Source: Ramazzottius varieornatus
Taxonomy: Eukaryota > Animalia > Tardigrada
Length of the DNA: 64,000 nt
Assembly: GCA_001949185.1 (NCBI GenBank)
Contig: BDGG01000002.1
Span: 8,964,362 to 9,028,361, forward strand
Reading direction: 5' to 3'
The position numbers and the translations under genes are program-made. Position 1 is the first letter of the stretch. Each line of letters begins with the position of its first letter. Shown here in pieces: positions 23,013 through 36,830 of this stretch. The notes below the pieces were generated by a model. That model was given only the letters and a program-made list of their open reading frames with translations. It was not told the origin of the DNA and made no database searches.

Positions 23013-25312
23013 CAGTAGAACCTGCGCTACTTCACGCGCGTCACTCGTCGGTTTTCTAAAACTGGCACTACGTCAAAACTACTGTTTCTACGTGTGACGT
23101 CAGCCAGACTTGCCACAAACTCTACGTCAACAATCGTGAATCAAAATTCGGAAAAACTACGTGTCTTTTAGAAAACGGGCAATCTTCAGAGTAATTCTCG
23201 GCTAACTCCACTTCTTTGTACCGTTCATAGCGAAGCTAGACAGTTCGTTTTGGATTGCTGTCGCTGGGTGGAGCAAGGAGCTATCTGAACTGGATACGGA
23301 GCGTGATCGCGAGAACTGCGGGCTGTGCTTTCTGTTGCAGGTTTGTACAATATTGCCAGGAGTGACTTTCACGAATATGGATCCGACAACCTAGCTGTCA
23401 TTTCCGGAGTGAACGCGCGAGACTACTATTGAAAGCTCGGATATTAACTGGATACCCCGTACATGTCACGTATCCTGCATGTCACCTTAATGGCCAAAGT
23501 TCCTCGGATATCCGGAAAAATTAGAAAGCGTTCAGTTCAATCCTCGAGGCCTGAAACTCGGAGGTTCCATCATATCAGCGCCGAGACAAAGCGCCAGATC
23601 CTTGTTGACATCGATAGTGGGGTAAGTTACTGACAATTAACTTTCTCAGTGATCTCGCGAAGCAATCTAAATAATCAGTTACCTCCAAAACTCTACTTCA
23701 TAGATGACCGACACGGAAATAGGGGATAAATATGGAACTCATCGTACGAACATACTCAACTACAGAAAGAAGAGAGATACTGTAGAAAAGAATCTGGAAA
23801 CGACGAAGCCAGAAGCCACGAGACCTACCAGGTTGAAGTTTCCCGAGATTGATAAGGCCATGATTGAACCCGTAGATGAAACGCTGGACAAAGGTGGCAA
23901 CATTACTGGCCGTTTGATACAGCTTCAGGCGCGGAAGTTTGCGCGAGAAAATGATATCCAAAATTTCACAGGAAGCAATGGTTGGCTCGCCAGCTTTTGT
24001 GAAAGACACGACTTGATCTTCAAAGTACTTCAAGGATTGTGAGTCAGCCCTGCAAGCACATGTAATTGTTCAGTACAAACTTATTTTGTTTTGCGTTTTC
24101 GAAGGTGAAGGCGCGAGTGCGAACTTCGAAGGTTTGCAAGAGTGGTACGATGAGACGCTACCATCCATCCTGCAGGACTACGCACTCAAAGACATCTTTA
24201 ACTGCGACGAGCTAGGCTTGAATTATCGCCAACTACCCAATAAGTCTCTTGTCAAAAAATCTCAAGCGACACCGAAAGGCTGCAAACTGAGGAAAGACAG
24301 AATAACCGTATTCTTGACGTGCAGCGCAACCGGTGAACGTAAAATGCCCCTAGTGATCGGTACAGCTAGAAATCCCCGTCCCTTTGTACAAGCCGGACTG
24401 CGTGACGGTCGTACTAAGCACCTGGGTTTTGCGTACAAAAACAATAAGACCGCCTGGATGGATACCGACATCTTTACCGAATACCTTGAAGAACTGAACG
24501 CTGACACGATACTTCAAAAACGGTACATCGCGCTTATTCTGGACAATTTCAAGGGTCACAACGTTGCGAGCCTATCGAATGTCCGTCTATACTTCCTACC
24601 CCCGAATGTTACGTCCCACGCACAACCGCTCGACGCGGGAATCATAAAAAACTTCAGAGACCATTTCAGAACCCTTATGGCGAGCGATCTCTTCAGCAGA
24701 CTTCGTACGTTTGAGTGCGTTGATGATTACTACAAGGGTGTCACCCTTCTTGAAGCGTGCTTGTGGACAGTCGAAGCAGATAAAGCAATTACTACCGAAA
24801 CCCGCGTTAACTGCTTCGCCCAATGTCGTATCGGTCAAAAGATACCAACTGTGACCACCGAAGCTACCGAAGAAGTTAGTCAACGTGACTGGACAGTAAC
24901 ATTCGACGATGAAGACGACCCGTTCGATTTGGAGTACTAGTTAATGTCCACTAACTCGGTCTTACTGTGGCTGCTCGGAGAACGACATCAAGTGGACCAA
25001 ACAGAAATTCTTCTGGTGGCTGACAAGGACCAAGATGTTAATTGTTTCAGGTTTCTAAGATAGTTTTTCGGTGGACCAACCTGACAAGTCATTCAACGCT
25101 TTTACTTCTGAGTTTTGACTTGCGTCTTAGACCTAAAACAAAAAGTGATCATTCCATTACGAATCGCTTAGTCAACGTGCTAAAAAACGATCCGCTGACG
25201 TAGAGTTTGTGGCAAGTCTGGCTGACGTCGCACGTAGAAACAGTAGTTTTGACGTAGTGCCAGTTTTAGAAAACCGACGAGTGACGCGCGTGAAGTAGCG
25301 CAGGTTCTACTG
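23013..25312 (+). mobile_element. Full-length Tigger/pogo transposon
   Basis: 117-bp TIRs (23013-23129 and 25196-25312, one mismatch seen) starting CAGTAGAACC, with TA TSD. Three-exon transposase (23490-23621, 23704-~24034, ~24105-24940) has a CENP-B HTH (FTGSNGWL) and the catalytic triad FNCDELGL, LILDNFKGH, QPLDAGII. Confidence 0.93.
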
Positions 25313-25378
25313 TACTTATCTATTTCAGTGTGATGTCACCGTGACGTCGGCTCCGTGTTGTTGCAGATCACTTAGGAT

Positions 25379-25447
25379 GAGGCATGCGGGCGTGTCATGC
25401 GCGATCAGTATGCGGGCGTGTCATGCGCGATCACGCCCGCATGCCTC
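25379..25447. repeat. 69-bp hairpin with an internal tandem duplication
   Basis: Perfect 16-bp inverted repeat GAGGCATGCGGGCGTG / CACGCCCGCATGCCTC, overlapping two copies of ATGCGGGCGTGTCATGCGCGATCA. Confidence 0.75.
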
Positions 25448-27626
25448 TGAGAGCGCTTCCGCGCTCTTTGCACTCACAGCTTCGTAACAAATGGACAGAT
25501 GACCGGACATAGGAAGTAACCAAATGCTATTTTCAGATTATGAATTTCCCCTTCAGCATGTTTGGAGGAATGACTGGAGCTTATGCTCCATACCAGATGT
25601 CAGGTCTGACCACGGAATTTCCTATGGGTTTCCCGCTAGGACTCCCGTTTGGCTTTTCCCTCGGTCCCTCAGCGGGTACGCCTCTGCTGGGAACTCTCTC
25701 AACCGAGATTTACAGCCGATGAGTGGCTGATCCTACAGGGGATGACAGCGAACCAACCAGCTGTTCCATCCATCAGCCCTGGCGCTCCGGCCATCCAGCC
25801 GTCCAGCCTGCGCGTGTCTCAGGCCAGCTCCTATCATGCATCAGCGGTTACCAACAGCCCCGTCGGTACGGGTCGACCGGATGTGAAGATCAACTTGCGG
25901 TCGATCGGCCCGCCGCGCAAGCCATTCGACCACCGTCGCCTCGGCAATCTACCGCCTCACTACTGTAAATCAAACAGAAACCGAGGTCGGGGCTACGGTG
26001 GGCGTGGCGGTACTTATGGCCGCTCTGACGGATGCGATGGTGGTCGTGGGGGCGGCCATGGCGCTGGACGGAACGGTGGACGTGATAGTGACGGACAACG
26101 GGGATACTGCCCCCGGAACTGCGGAGGAGGATGGCCCCCGAAAAGCCACCAGAACCTGGACCTGCCGAGCCAGGCGGCTCAACCTAGTGATGGTTTAATA
26201 TGGGTTGATGAGATCTTATATAATAAAAACAAATATCCGCCGTCCATCAGAGTTCTAATAAGTGACCACTACTATAGTAAAACGTTCACCTGATTTAATA
26301 AAATATTACTATAGTAGAACTTTCGGGGGTTTGTTATTAAAATATATTTTAATATCGGAGAGTTCGACGGAAGATCTGAAGATTCAGAATCCCAACCATC
26401 AGATCAGCAAAACTACTGTAGTACAGCTTGCACCCTGCACCTGCACACTGTAACATGGCCGGTTGAAGTGTCAAACTGTATGAAAGTGCACAACGTTTAA
26501 CCAGCTCGAGCATGAAACCGGGAACGACGGAGCCAGTCGGACATGGAAATGGACGAGTGAGAACCTGGACGGAGGCGAAAAGAACGCTCCCTCATTCCTT
26601 ATTTGGTAGCTAGCTGTCCCTCCTATGGTTGTGCGAATTTTCCACTTCCTTTCTGGTGCCTGATATCGGATTGTAATCTCTATGTGTCAATCTCTGAAGT
26701 TAGTCCTGATCGCTTGATTAGCTTCCACTTGCCAAAGCTGTTAGTACTGTATTTTTATGTTTTGTTATCCTCTAACGATCGGGGAAGCCGTCGACTAGAT
26801 TGTCGAGGCTCAATAAATCTATCTATCTATGTATCTCTGTAGTGCTGCTGAACAGCGCGTCCATCTGAGACCAACTTGCCATAGAATCCGCTTCATCATG
26901 ATACGGACTATCCCCAAGATAACGCGTCAACTTCCGCACAAGAGGGCTGGGTTCGATTCTGTAAAGTTTGCCTTTTGGTTTTCCAACAAGCCATAATTGT
27001 CACTTCGTAGGACATGGCGGAGAAGGGATGGAAGGCCAAAAAAGACACTGAACATCGTTAAACAGAAGCTGGGCCATCGCCGCCGAAACAGCTGGAGCTG
27101 ATCGGTACGTTGAGTCCGGATACTCGTTTTACTTTTTCATTTGAATTTTCTTTTATTTCTTGACGTTTACCTTGTTGATTTCCATATCTGGACGGAGTCT
27201 TTCACTTTTCGGTGATACCGCGTTCGACGCTAGATATTCTATTGTTTTCTTCCCCTGATTGGACTTTTGTCCGCTTTGTACAGTTTTAACTTGTAAATGG
27301 TCATCCGACGTGTTGCCCTTCCCACTTCCGCTGCAGACGTAAGCAATCAAGAGCTTGATCATGCGTTTCACTCTCCAGCAACGCGCGGTTTAGCAGCACA
27401 TCAGTGCTTGGGATTTTTCGTTCATATCGATCGCGAATCGGAATCGATATCGTGCATGGTGATCGTCGATCTGATCTTTCCTCAGTTTCGAAGAGTCCAG
27501 AAACCAGATTCTACTGATCTCTTTAGATGTGTGGATGCATATCCGTGGTCTCTTACTTTTTTGTGATTTATGCATTGTTAGGTGGAGCTGTGTCTCTTCA
27601 GCGCGGACGAAGGATTAAGCAAAGGG

Positions 27627-29206
27627 ATGGCGAACAACGAACTTACGGAAGCTCTAAGCAGGAACAACGGGAGCAACGATCGCCCTAGTGCCAGAAGGAA
27701 AGATTTAGGTGCCAAATTCGACGCTGCTGTTCGCGTAGTCCAGACCATTCCCAACAGTGAGGAATATTTTGTTCGACAGCGCGAAGTGCCTCGAAGTGGA
27801 TAGAATGGTTGTAGTCTGGTACCCTGATGATTTAGCGCAAAGGATAGCTGCGCGCTGTAGTTTGTTTCGTCACCGCGGTGACGTTATGCGTTGTGAATGG
27901 AATAATACTGACTCTGGTAAGAAGGTGGAAATATTCCATCGATTCTGTATTTTTAGGTTCTTTCCAGCCATCCCGAGAGTTGGCCTTGCGTTTTTACGGC
28001 TTATACAAGCGGGCAATAGATGGCCCATGTACCAGTCCCAAGCCGGCGTTTTACGAAGTGGAGAAGACATTCAAATGGTTGGCTCCCTTCGTTGATCGTC
28101 TTACGGTCCAATCCTTATCATGCAAAGGAACTTTGCAGGAACGCTTACCGAGAAGCTGACAAACTGACCGAAGACGAAGCCAAAGAAGAGTATGTCAAGG
28201 AACTGCAGAAGGTTAGTTTCCACTCTCCAGCTCAGGGATTTCCCGGTGTATCACAAGAGCTTCGTTCTTCGCCGTAACCTACGGTAACTTTAATAGATTG
28301 TGGAAATGATGTCGTTAACGCCGGAAGTGTCTGACTTTCTGGACAAGTTGGGTTCCTTTTACGAGATGGTTCACAGTTCGGATGAGGAAACTGGCGCGCT
28401 GGTCTCGGCAAGGACGTCCCAGTTAGGTAACACCATGCAAGACTTTAAGAGCCTCCATGACGGCGAAACTGCCGTTAGGAAGAAGAATGAAAGTATCACG
28501 CATTTGAGCGCTGGAAAGGTTCGTTCCTCATCCGCTCCTTTACACGACATTCTGGCCTTTGTCAAAAGCAACGACTCACTTTCTGACGGTGAGGAAGACC
28601 TTTCCGATCAAGACAAGGATACTGTCGAGTCGGAGCTTGCCTTCCATGACGCTCGCAGTCTGTCCGAATGGTCGGAAACCGCATCCAGCACTCGCCCCCC
28701 AAATGACAAAAACCAAGGTAACGTCAAGAAGGAAGTGATGCCCACACTCTATCCGGAACTACAGAGTTTAAGGAGACGCACCGACCAAATTGAACGAACC
28801 GTAGTTTCTCATGCGGAACGCTTACTAACGCTGGAACTGAAGCTGGATAACCTAAGCAAGGCCGTGAGCAAGTTGGCAACTTCCGCTAATGTAGGAAGGC
28901 TGAATGTTGATCAACCAAGCACTGTCTTCGACAAGTACCTTCTCCTAGTCACGTCTATAATTTCTCGCACGACGGAAACCCTCCCAGTGAGTTGGATCGT
29001 ATTTAAGAATGAGAATTTCGCCGAAATCGTACATGACTTGTGTTCATCTCGTGCCGATTTTCCAGATAATGAGGCCGTTTTTGCGGATTCTCTGTTATTG
29101 CTGGCGAATAATGGAAGATTGTGTCCGACGTCGTCCTTTCACGGCAATAATGGTTCTGCAAGTTCTTTCTTACTCGTTAACTTCTGTATACAGGCATCTG
29201 ATGTGA
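27627..29206 (+). CDS. ACBD5: Acyl-CoA-binding domain protein, ACBD4/5-like
   Basis: ACB domain across exons: KFDAAVRVVQTIP|SFQPSRELALRFYGLYKRAIDGPC..KPAFYE..KW|NAY..EAKEEYVKELQK|IVEMM. Followed by an acidic tract with an FFAT-like motif (ELAFHDARS), a coiled coil and a hydrophobic last exon. Confidence 0.8.
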
Positions 29207-30095
29207 TGTTCGTCCGGTCGAGAAACCTATAGATCTAAAGAATTTTAAGAAGAAGCGCCTCGATGTCCTGCCGAATTCCCGTTCCTTTTTCAAGTGCATC
29301 AATTTGCTGATCTCGTCCTACTGAGCCGTGCAGGACAGGAACGGCTGTCACTCTGTTATGGTGGCACTGTCTACTCGCACGTCTCTCTACTTCTTTTTAG
29401 GTGAACTTCTTCTTTTCCGCATACTATCTTATTATCACTCCTACAAAATTTCCACCTCTGAAGGCTCTTGATCCACATATAAATGAAAGAAGAAACAAAA
29501 GACGGCCGAAGCACTTATAGTCAGGTAACGATTGATAAACACTGGTCCCAGTATGCCAGCAAAGTACGGGGAAATTAACAGCGAGTTGCCGCGCTGATTT
29601 CTGTGATCTCAAGATCACAATGGGCAATTCATGCTGAAGCAGTGAAACGGCATCGTGCCATTTTTCTCCACAATGCCGCCATTATGATCCATCGATGGTT
29701 TTACTGTCACTTCCGTACCGGTGTCGACCTACTGTACTGAGCCGTACAACTCGCAAATGACTGAACAACTTCGCTGTCTGGTGTACAATAAATTGTTCAT
29801 AAAATGGCAACAATGAATTTGGTCAATTTGCAATCATAAACGGAACGATAAGAGTATAAAAAAACAAGGTTCTTGTACGAAAACGCGGAGCGGCACTGAT
29901 GATATACTATCTATCGAGAGTGGACAACAGTCAGGATACTATAGAAGAAGAGAATTCGATTGTGGCATAATGAACAACATAGGAAACCAACTATAAACAA
30001 AACCATCACAGTGGAAAGGATGCATTTCTAGAGCACTACAGAATGGACAAGTGTCGACGCGGGCTCAGTGTGAATGAAGGATACAGTAGTAAACT

Positions 30096-33000
30096 TCACT
30101 TCTTGCGGCCTTTACGAGCTTTGGATGGTCGGCCATCGTTGGACAGCACGAGCCTAGTTTGGTCCTGGTTGTTGTGAGCACTATCGCCATGTGAAGTCGT
30201 TGGCTGCTGCTGCTGCGGTGGATTCTTGCGGTTCTTGCGGTGGCCTCGTTTGGGACCGGCAGCTGCGTTGCTCGAAGGTGACAGAAGTAAAGGTGCAGCG
30301 GCCGTTTCATTCACAACGGCACTACGGAAACATAAAGCAGAAGGTGAGCCTCAGTCTATAAAGAGTCATCTTCCAACTTCAAAGACGATACCTGTAGGGA
30401 GGCGGCGGCTCGGTTGAGACGCCATTATGCAAGTGAATTTGTACAAGAGGAATGGAAGAAGGGGCTGGAGCAAGAAGTGTGGCGTCGGTAGGAGCACTGG
30501 GCTGAGCACTGGCATTTCCGCGATCCCGTCGACGGTTAGGGCGGCTGGAAGGTCCGTTACCGCGTCGATGGCGTGCTTGGTCACGGTTAACGTTTCTCTC
30601 GCGATGATGGCGCACTCCGTCAGGTCGCTAGAAACATCATAATTGCATCGATTGAATGTGGTAAAGCTTTCTAAGGAATGAGGGGAACGTACCGAGCGGC
30701 GAGTTCGTTTGAGGGTGGAGCTGATGGAGTGCCAATCGTCGGCCAGACGACGAGCCGGACGCTTCTTGGGGTTGGAGCTGGGCGTGTGGACGGCGCAACA
30801 CTTGATGATGCCGCTCATGACGATGACCAGACCGATGCCTATCAGCATCACTGCCCACCAATGAGTCTACATAGTAATGAGAGCATCAGATGGATCATGA
30901 CTTGCATCTTGCAACGCTTTCGGACATACCGTAATCCAGGAAGCTGCACTTTCCAAGGCTTCAGCGCTAAACAGGCTGGTTGTCAAGCGTCGTAGTGGTC
31001 CTAATCACACAACAGCACCTCCAGTGAGGAATTGGTCAGAAACCCGTACAGCCATGTCGTATTTAGAAAAGAAAATCGAGAATGTACCGTCGCCGTCCAC
31101 CTTCCGACACCGGTGGAATATGTCACAATAACCTGCAATCATGACAGCAACATGTAGGATTACCACATTAGCACAGGAGGTGGGAAGCGAAAGGAGAGCT
31201 ATCACTTGCCTCGGTAATTATTACAGGGCGCACCGGCTCGTAGTCGAATGCCGCCTTCGATGGTGACGTTATGCCTGGCCGTCTTATAGGGAAAGTCGGC
31301 GTTGCGCGTACTGATACAAGTTTCTGGTCTATTCTTGAACTGGCAAGCCACAAAACACATGGATTCCTAGGAAAATAAATGGTCCATGTTATCATGGCCG
31401 CTAAGAGAAAGCCCAGTCGAGAAAGTGGCCAAAGAACTGACATGTCCATTACCTTGTTCTGCCGGGCGTTGCTGGAGCCGGCCCGAACCAGATCTTCTTC
31501 GGTCAAGAAGCACTGCTCCATGTCAAAGAGCAGGCAGATACTGGCGTTACATTCTCCACCTTTGCAGACCTGTCAAATACACCAGCACACGCCCATCATT
31601 TACCGTCCATTCATTGGTACTTCAATCAACAGCTCGCCACTTCAGTCTTCTCACTCTTTTCTGCAGATATGGCGGACGGGCTGTGCAAGGTCCCGACCCC
31701 CTTCAACAATCTTGCAGACATTCAGGGCCGTGCGCAGCAGGAAGCTGACCAATATTTCGCGGAAAAAGAGCTAACCGCGATTTACAAAAGCTCCGCAGTT
31801 GCAAAGCAGAAAGTGAAAAAAGTCATTTAAAGAGAAAGACGAACCTTGGAGTTGTTGTCGCAGGGGAGAATGTCGGGTTTGGGGATGGCGGCGGGACAGG
31901 CGGCGCTCTGGCTGTGGCAGAAGGAGGCTTCGGTGCATTCGCTGGCTTGACGGCACTTCTGGGGAGGAGCTGCCGGGTCGACCGCGGTGAAGGTGCACTG
32001 GTTGGAGCAGCAGGGACCTTGGGAAGGGCTGCAGTCGACGCGGCCACCCCGCTCCGCTGAGAAGCGCAGGGTGCACTCCTTGGCCGACTCCTTCAGCCAG
32101 CGATCGTCCAACTGCCGCGGGTAACAGCACGACTCTTTGCATTCGTCCACGTTGTAGCCGCAATCGCACTCTTCGCCCTTCTCCACTATCTTGTTGCCGC
32201 AGTAAGCCAAATCGTTGGCTGAAAACCCTCAACCTTCATCAACCAGACCCAGCATCGGGAAGTGATCAGTCTATAGTGTACTTACGGACAAAGCAGTTGC
32301 GCTTGCCGTTGAGCTGGTTGAGGACTGCTTTGAGGACGGCCGTCATATTCTCCAGACTGCAAGAGCTAAACTTGTCGTTGTTGGGCCGATCACCGTTGGT
32401 GGCACTGGGGTACATGATGTAGTTGCCGTCAGCTCCATTAGGCTGGCATAACGGATTGTTCGGATCGTGCTGAACAATCATAAAACATGGTCAAGCGCAC
32501 CACTCTTGCTGGCTATTTGACCAAGCTGATACTAGTCAAGCGAGACTAAGAAGATGATGATGAAAGGCCTCAAGTGTACTAACCGCTGCTCCAAAGTTAT
32601 GGCCAATCTCGTGAGCCAGCGTCAGGTGGGATACGGTGGGGGGAACACGGTTGCCATAATTGACAAAGGTGATGACACCGGTGTTGAGGCTTTTGAAGGT
32701 TTGGACGCGCTTGCCGCCAATGGTTTCCGTATAGCGCTTGTACGTCTCGCAGATGCCACCTGATGGACCTATACAAGACACTGAGACAGTTAGCCTTACT
32801 GCTCAATAAATTCTCACTTCAGCTTGGCCGGCCACGGCTATCGTGTGTACTAGGGATTTCACAAAGACGTTGATGGCGAGAAAAAGGAGAAAAGGCAGAT
32901 GGGCAAGGCAGTACCGTTGGCAGAAGCCACCCAGGCCAAGCCCAGCGTACCGCCGGCAAAGTCGCGATAGGTAAAGAGGAAAGCTAGACAGAAGCCGGAA

Positions 33001-34958
33001 TGGTCCATCATGGAGTTGTAGTTGAGGAGGTTGGAGACATCCAGGTAGCGCTGGCAGAAGGGATTGCGATCGTCGATGGCACAGCTGCTGCTGTCGTTGA
33101 TCTGCCAAAGACCAGAGAGGCATATTCAAGCTTACCAGCGGTAAAAGGGAGGAAAAAGAGACTTACGGTGGTTCGTTGGACGGCAAACTGCACGCCGACA
33201 ATGTCGCCAAAGCGGTGATTACCGTAGATGCGCGTTACCGCCTTGATATGCGAAGAGATGATGGAGAGGATCTCTTCGCGGGTCCGTTGCTCATTCTTCT
33301 CGCGCTCATAGACAGCGTCCCACAGGAACTTGTCCGTCTGGATGTACATGTTACACAGGCGGTTACGGTCGTGGTCCGCCGCCGTCGCTGAGGCTGCTGC
33401 GCGCTTCTGCCGCCCCTGTCTATGGCCACTCTCTCCGCCGCCTCCACCAAAGATGGAGGTGTAGTCGGACTGACTGCTGCTGCTGCTATTGTGGCAGTGC
33501 TCAACTTTGACCTGGGCCGCTGTCTCAGCCGAAGACTGCACCTCTTCCATCCATTGGCGAATGGAGGGCGACATGCCACAGGAATGGTTATGGCTACCTT
33601 TCGCCTGACGATGTACTCCTTCGCTGCTGACATGGTTAGGGCTGGGCGGAAAAATGACATCCTTTTCCGAGTAGATGATGGAATGGAAGTCCGAATCCTT
33701 TCTAAAGTACCTACCATACAATCAGGCTCATGGGGACACGGTAAGCATCATCGTGCTGACGGTTTGCATAATTCAACAATTCTTTCCGCTGAATTGCGCT
33801 CAAGGCGACATCGGCTATATAACCGTGTCAGATGCAGAAGATCAGTCAGCTTGATGACAGCATACCTGGAAGCAGCTTCGACGACATAGACATCGTGGGG
33901 AAGATGAATCTTTCCCTCGAAGAGGCCTCGACGGATGGAGCCGTGGACCAGCGAGTCTGGCTGCCCTTGAACTTGCCCTTGGTACAGGAAGGAAGTGTCG
34001 ACCTGCAGAGGTTGGCCAGCGCCGTCCGTCACCACATGGTCAGCCGTAAAGGCCGATGTATCACGCTGCAACCGCAGCTGGAATTGCCTATAAATAACAG
34101 GGACAAACAAGGTACATACCGACAATCATTCCAGCTCAAGACGTGATAGAGTACAGCCTACCTATTGTGAGCTGCAAAGTTGAGCTGGACGGCACTGTCA
34201 TGCTGCTTGTTGTTGGGCAAACTCAGTGAGCGCCGTACACGCTGGTGAAGAAGCTGCTGGTCGTAATTGACTTTCTCGTAATGCCGGACGAAACGACCCA
34301 GCGCCTGCTGTCCATCCTCTTCATCTAAACTTTTGCCGGCTGCCGTCCCTCTATCTGCCAAGTAAGACAACTCTCAACTTTTGCGGTCATCCTTACCATC
34401 GTTCAATCTACATACCACTTGTTCGTGTTGCTCTCAACTAGAATATTTCACCGTAAACAAACTACAGGTTCAACCTGCCACTTACGACAGACAGCAATAA
34501 CCAACAACGGTTCGACTGCTGCTGTCGGAATAGTGCATGAAACTGTCAGCATGCAGTCTCGTAAATATAACAGCAGAAAGTCATACAGTAATTAATCGTA
34601 TGCCATAAGCAACTTCGCATGGCTGCGACGACTACGAGAGTTTCATGCATCAGCGATCAACCGACAAACTTCCCTATTCAGAAGACAGACAACTCAATGT
34701 CAGAAATGGTCATTGACTATTCCACAGGGAAAGTAGCTTACCTGGCAAAGTGGCGCAAGCCGTCGGTAGGAGCCCGATAAGCGGAAGTAGGAAGAGGTGC
34801 TGGCTGAGAAAGACCAAGCAGGTCGCCGTCATTTTCCACGGCCACCTTCCTACTTTCAAGACTGCCCCGTCAACACGGTTTCCATCCACCGTCTTCTCCT
34901 CCGGCAGGAACGGCCGATCCTTCCATAACATTCTCAGGCGGACCGCCCTGGAAAGCAT
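30096..34958 (-). CDS. ADAM10: ADAM10/kuzbanian metalloprotease, multi-exon
   Basis: Signal exon, prodomain (FVRHYE..RVRRS), furin site [34 protein letters not shown] Zn motif, YIMYPSAT Met-turn, disintegrin [27 protein letters not shown] helix then [11 protein letters not shown]. Exact start ATG uncertain. Confidence 0.95.
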
Positions 34959-36274
34959 AAGATCATCAGTTGATCAAACTAGGCACTTTCCGAATATCCC
35001 ACTGTTTTCTTCACTCGACTAAATATATTCAGCCTCTGAAACGAACATGTCAGCAGCCATTGGATAAATCAGTTTAGCATCACTCCATAATATTATCTTT
35101 CGAAAAGAAAGGTAATTCTTCAAATAAACTCCAGTCCATCCTGAGCAATCTTCGATGAAAAGTTGTCCGCATCTGTCCTCCTCGAACCAGCCTGCTCCTG
35201 GGACGTATTCCTCTTGCTTCTAGCAAACGACCGTCGAGTCGAGCCAACAGACGCCAGATATAAACTTGGTATGTCGGTTATAAACAATTCTCGCATCGTT
35301 CGTGTTCTGTCCTAGTTCCCTCGCTTCCACCGGAAATGGACAAACTTTCGCTCCACACAGAAAGAATGCACAAGCCACTTTCGTTAGAAACTGAAACCTT
35401 ACCTCACAAAATTTCAGAGGAGATATGGGCAAGTATCTTTCCGTCAGACGGGAATCATCAGAAAAACCGTAGAATCATAATTCCCAGATGGAAGGTTCCA
35501 AGTCAAGCCAGTCAACTCAGATACAATAGGCCCGGTGATTGATTGCTGATTGACCAGGCTGTCTGTCCGTCGAGCTGTATTCTTTCTTCTCAGTCTGGCA
35601 GGACAGCTATTATCCCGGATCCCCACGGGCACGGGCGGACCAGTCGCTGAGGAGCAGGAAGTGATACAGACAACGAGTAACGCTAGGTCGCGCTCGCCAT
35701 GGAATGTGGTCCACGCAGCGTTCCTTACATAGAGAGACCGTCAATTGGACAAAAAACAGACGATTGCTCTTTCACGTTGCATAAGATTATTCACACTGCA
35801 CCAGTGTACCTTTCCACAGATGATACTCTACCGTCATACCAAACTAGAAAGTACAGTACCTGATGGTATGTGCTGATAGGTGTTAAACTTGGGAGCTTTC
35901 TACAGTGTCATGTCCTTCCAGAATCCAGCATTCCAGACGAAAGTCCAGCAGGATGAGTTCGAGGTCCTACTCCCCACGCTACCAAGGGATGAGACTTTAT
36001 CCTACCGTCGCACAGTTGGTGTAGGAGATGAATGCAGAGGTACCTGTTTTTCGCAGCCTTCGAAGTTGGCTTCCTGACGGTTGTCCTTCCTACGACTTTC
36101 CTTCGTAAACTAAGCTTCCCGTATCCTCGGCGATTACCTGATTGGACCACACGCTAAGGGTTCGCTGAATGAAACGGTAACTGATCAGCAGCAAACGAGA
36201 TCGACGCTCACAAACAGACACCTCATATCAAGCTCATTCATCGCTTGCCAAACCGTCTGGTTGGTTGTCCGTCG

Positions 36275-36544
36275 CAGCGGTGGACAGGTGATTTATTCAG
36301 TGAATTATCCAGAACACGGAACTTCAAGCGCAGCCCAACTTTGGAATGGCTATCAGTCGATCAATATTTTTCGTATCAAAAAATACCGTTCCAAATGTTG
36401 TTCGAACACCAGGTCTTTTGTGTAGTAAAGGTAGAATTCGCGCACTGATGACAAGTTTGCCAGTTGCACCGGTTCTTGACGGGTCGTAGGTGGTAGTTCT
36501 GTGATTTTCGATATTAGGCTGAATAAATCACCCGTCCACCGCTG
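36275..36544. mobile_element. hAT-family MITE (270 bp)
   Basis: 26-bp TIR CAGCGGTGGAC(A/G)GGTGATTTATTCAG; perfect 8-bp TSD GTCCGTCG. Confidence 0.92.
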
Positions 36545-36830
36545 GTCCGTCGGCCCTGTGCCCACCACGAACAAAGAACGGAGCTAGCGATGTCGGTCTA
36601 CGTACATTCGCTCTACTTTCCATTTCAAGCTCCACCCACAATTAATGAAGTTGCTGATGTCATCCTGCCCCACCTATTGCAGACTCATGGTGGAGCGATT
36701 GATTATTGATTGATAGGAGAAGTCCTTCTCCTGAGTCCTGAATCTTCTCAAACTTTCTCGTCCACTGATCTTTGCCTGGCATTTCCATTGATATGGTGTG
36801 CGATGCTCGCTCCTTTACAGATGATGAACC

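Noticed and set aside
26904-26961. tRNA-like B-box GGTTCGATTC
   Set aside because: No acceptor stem or full cloverleaf; at most a decayed tRNA-derived SINE.
35850-36180. Possible mariner C-terminal relic (KVQQDEFEVL-PH)
   Set aside because: Too degenerate, and no TIR pair was found.
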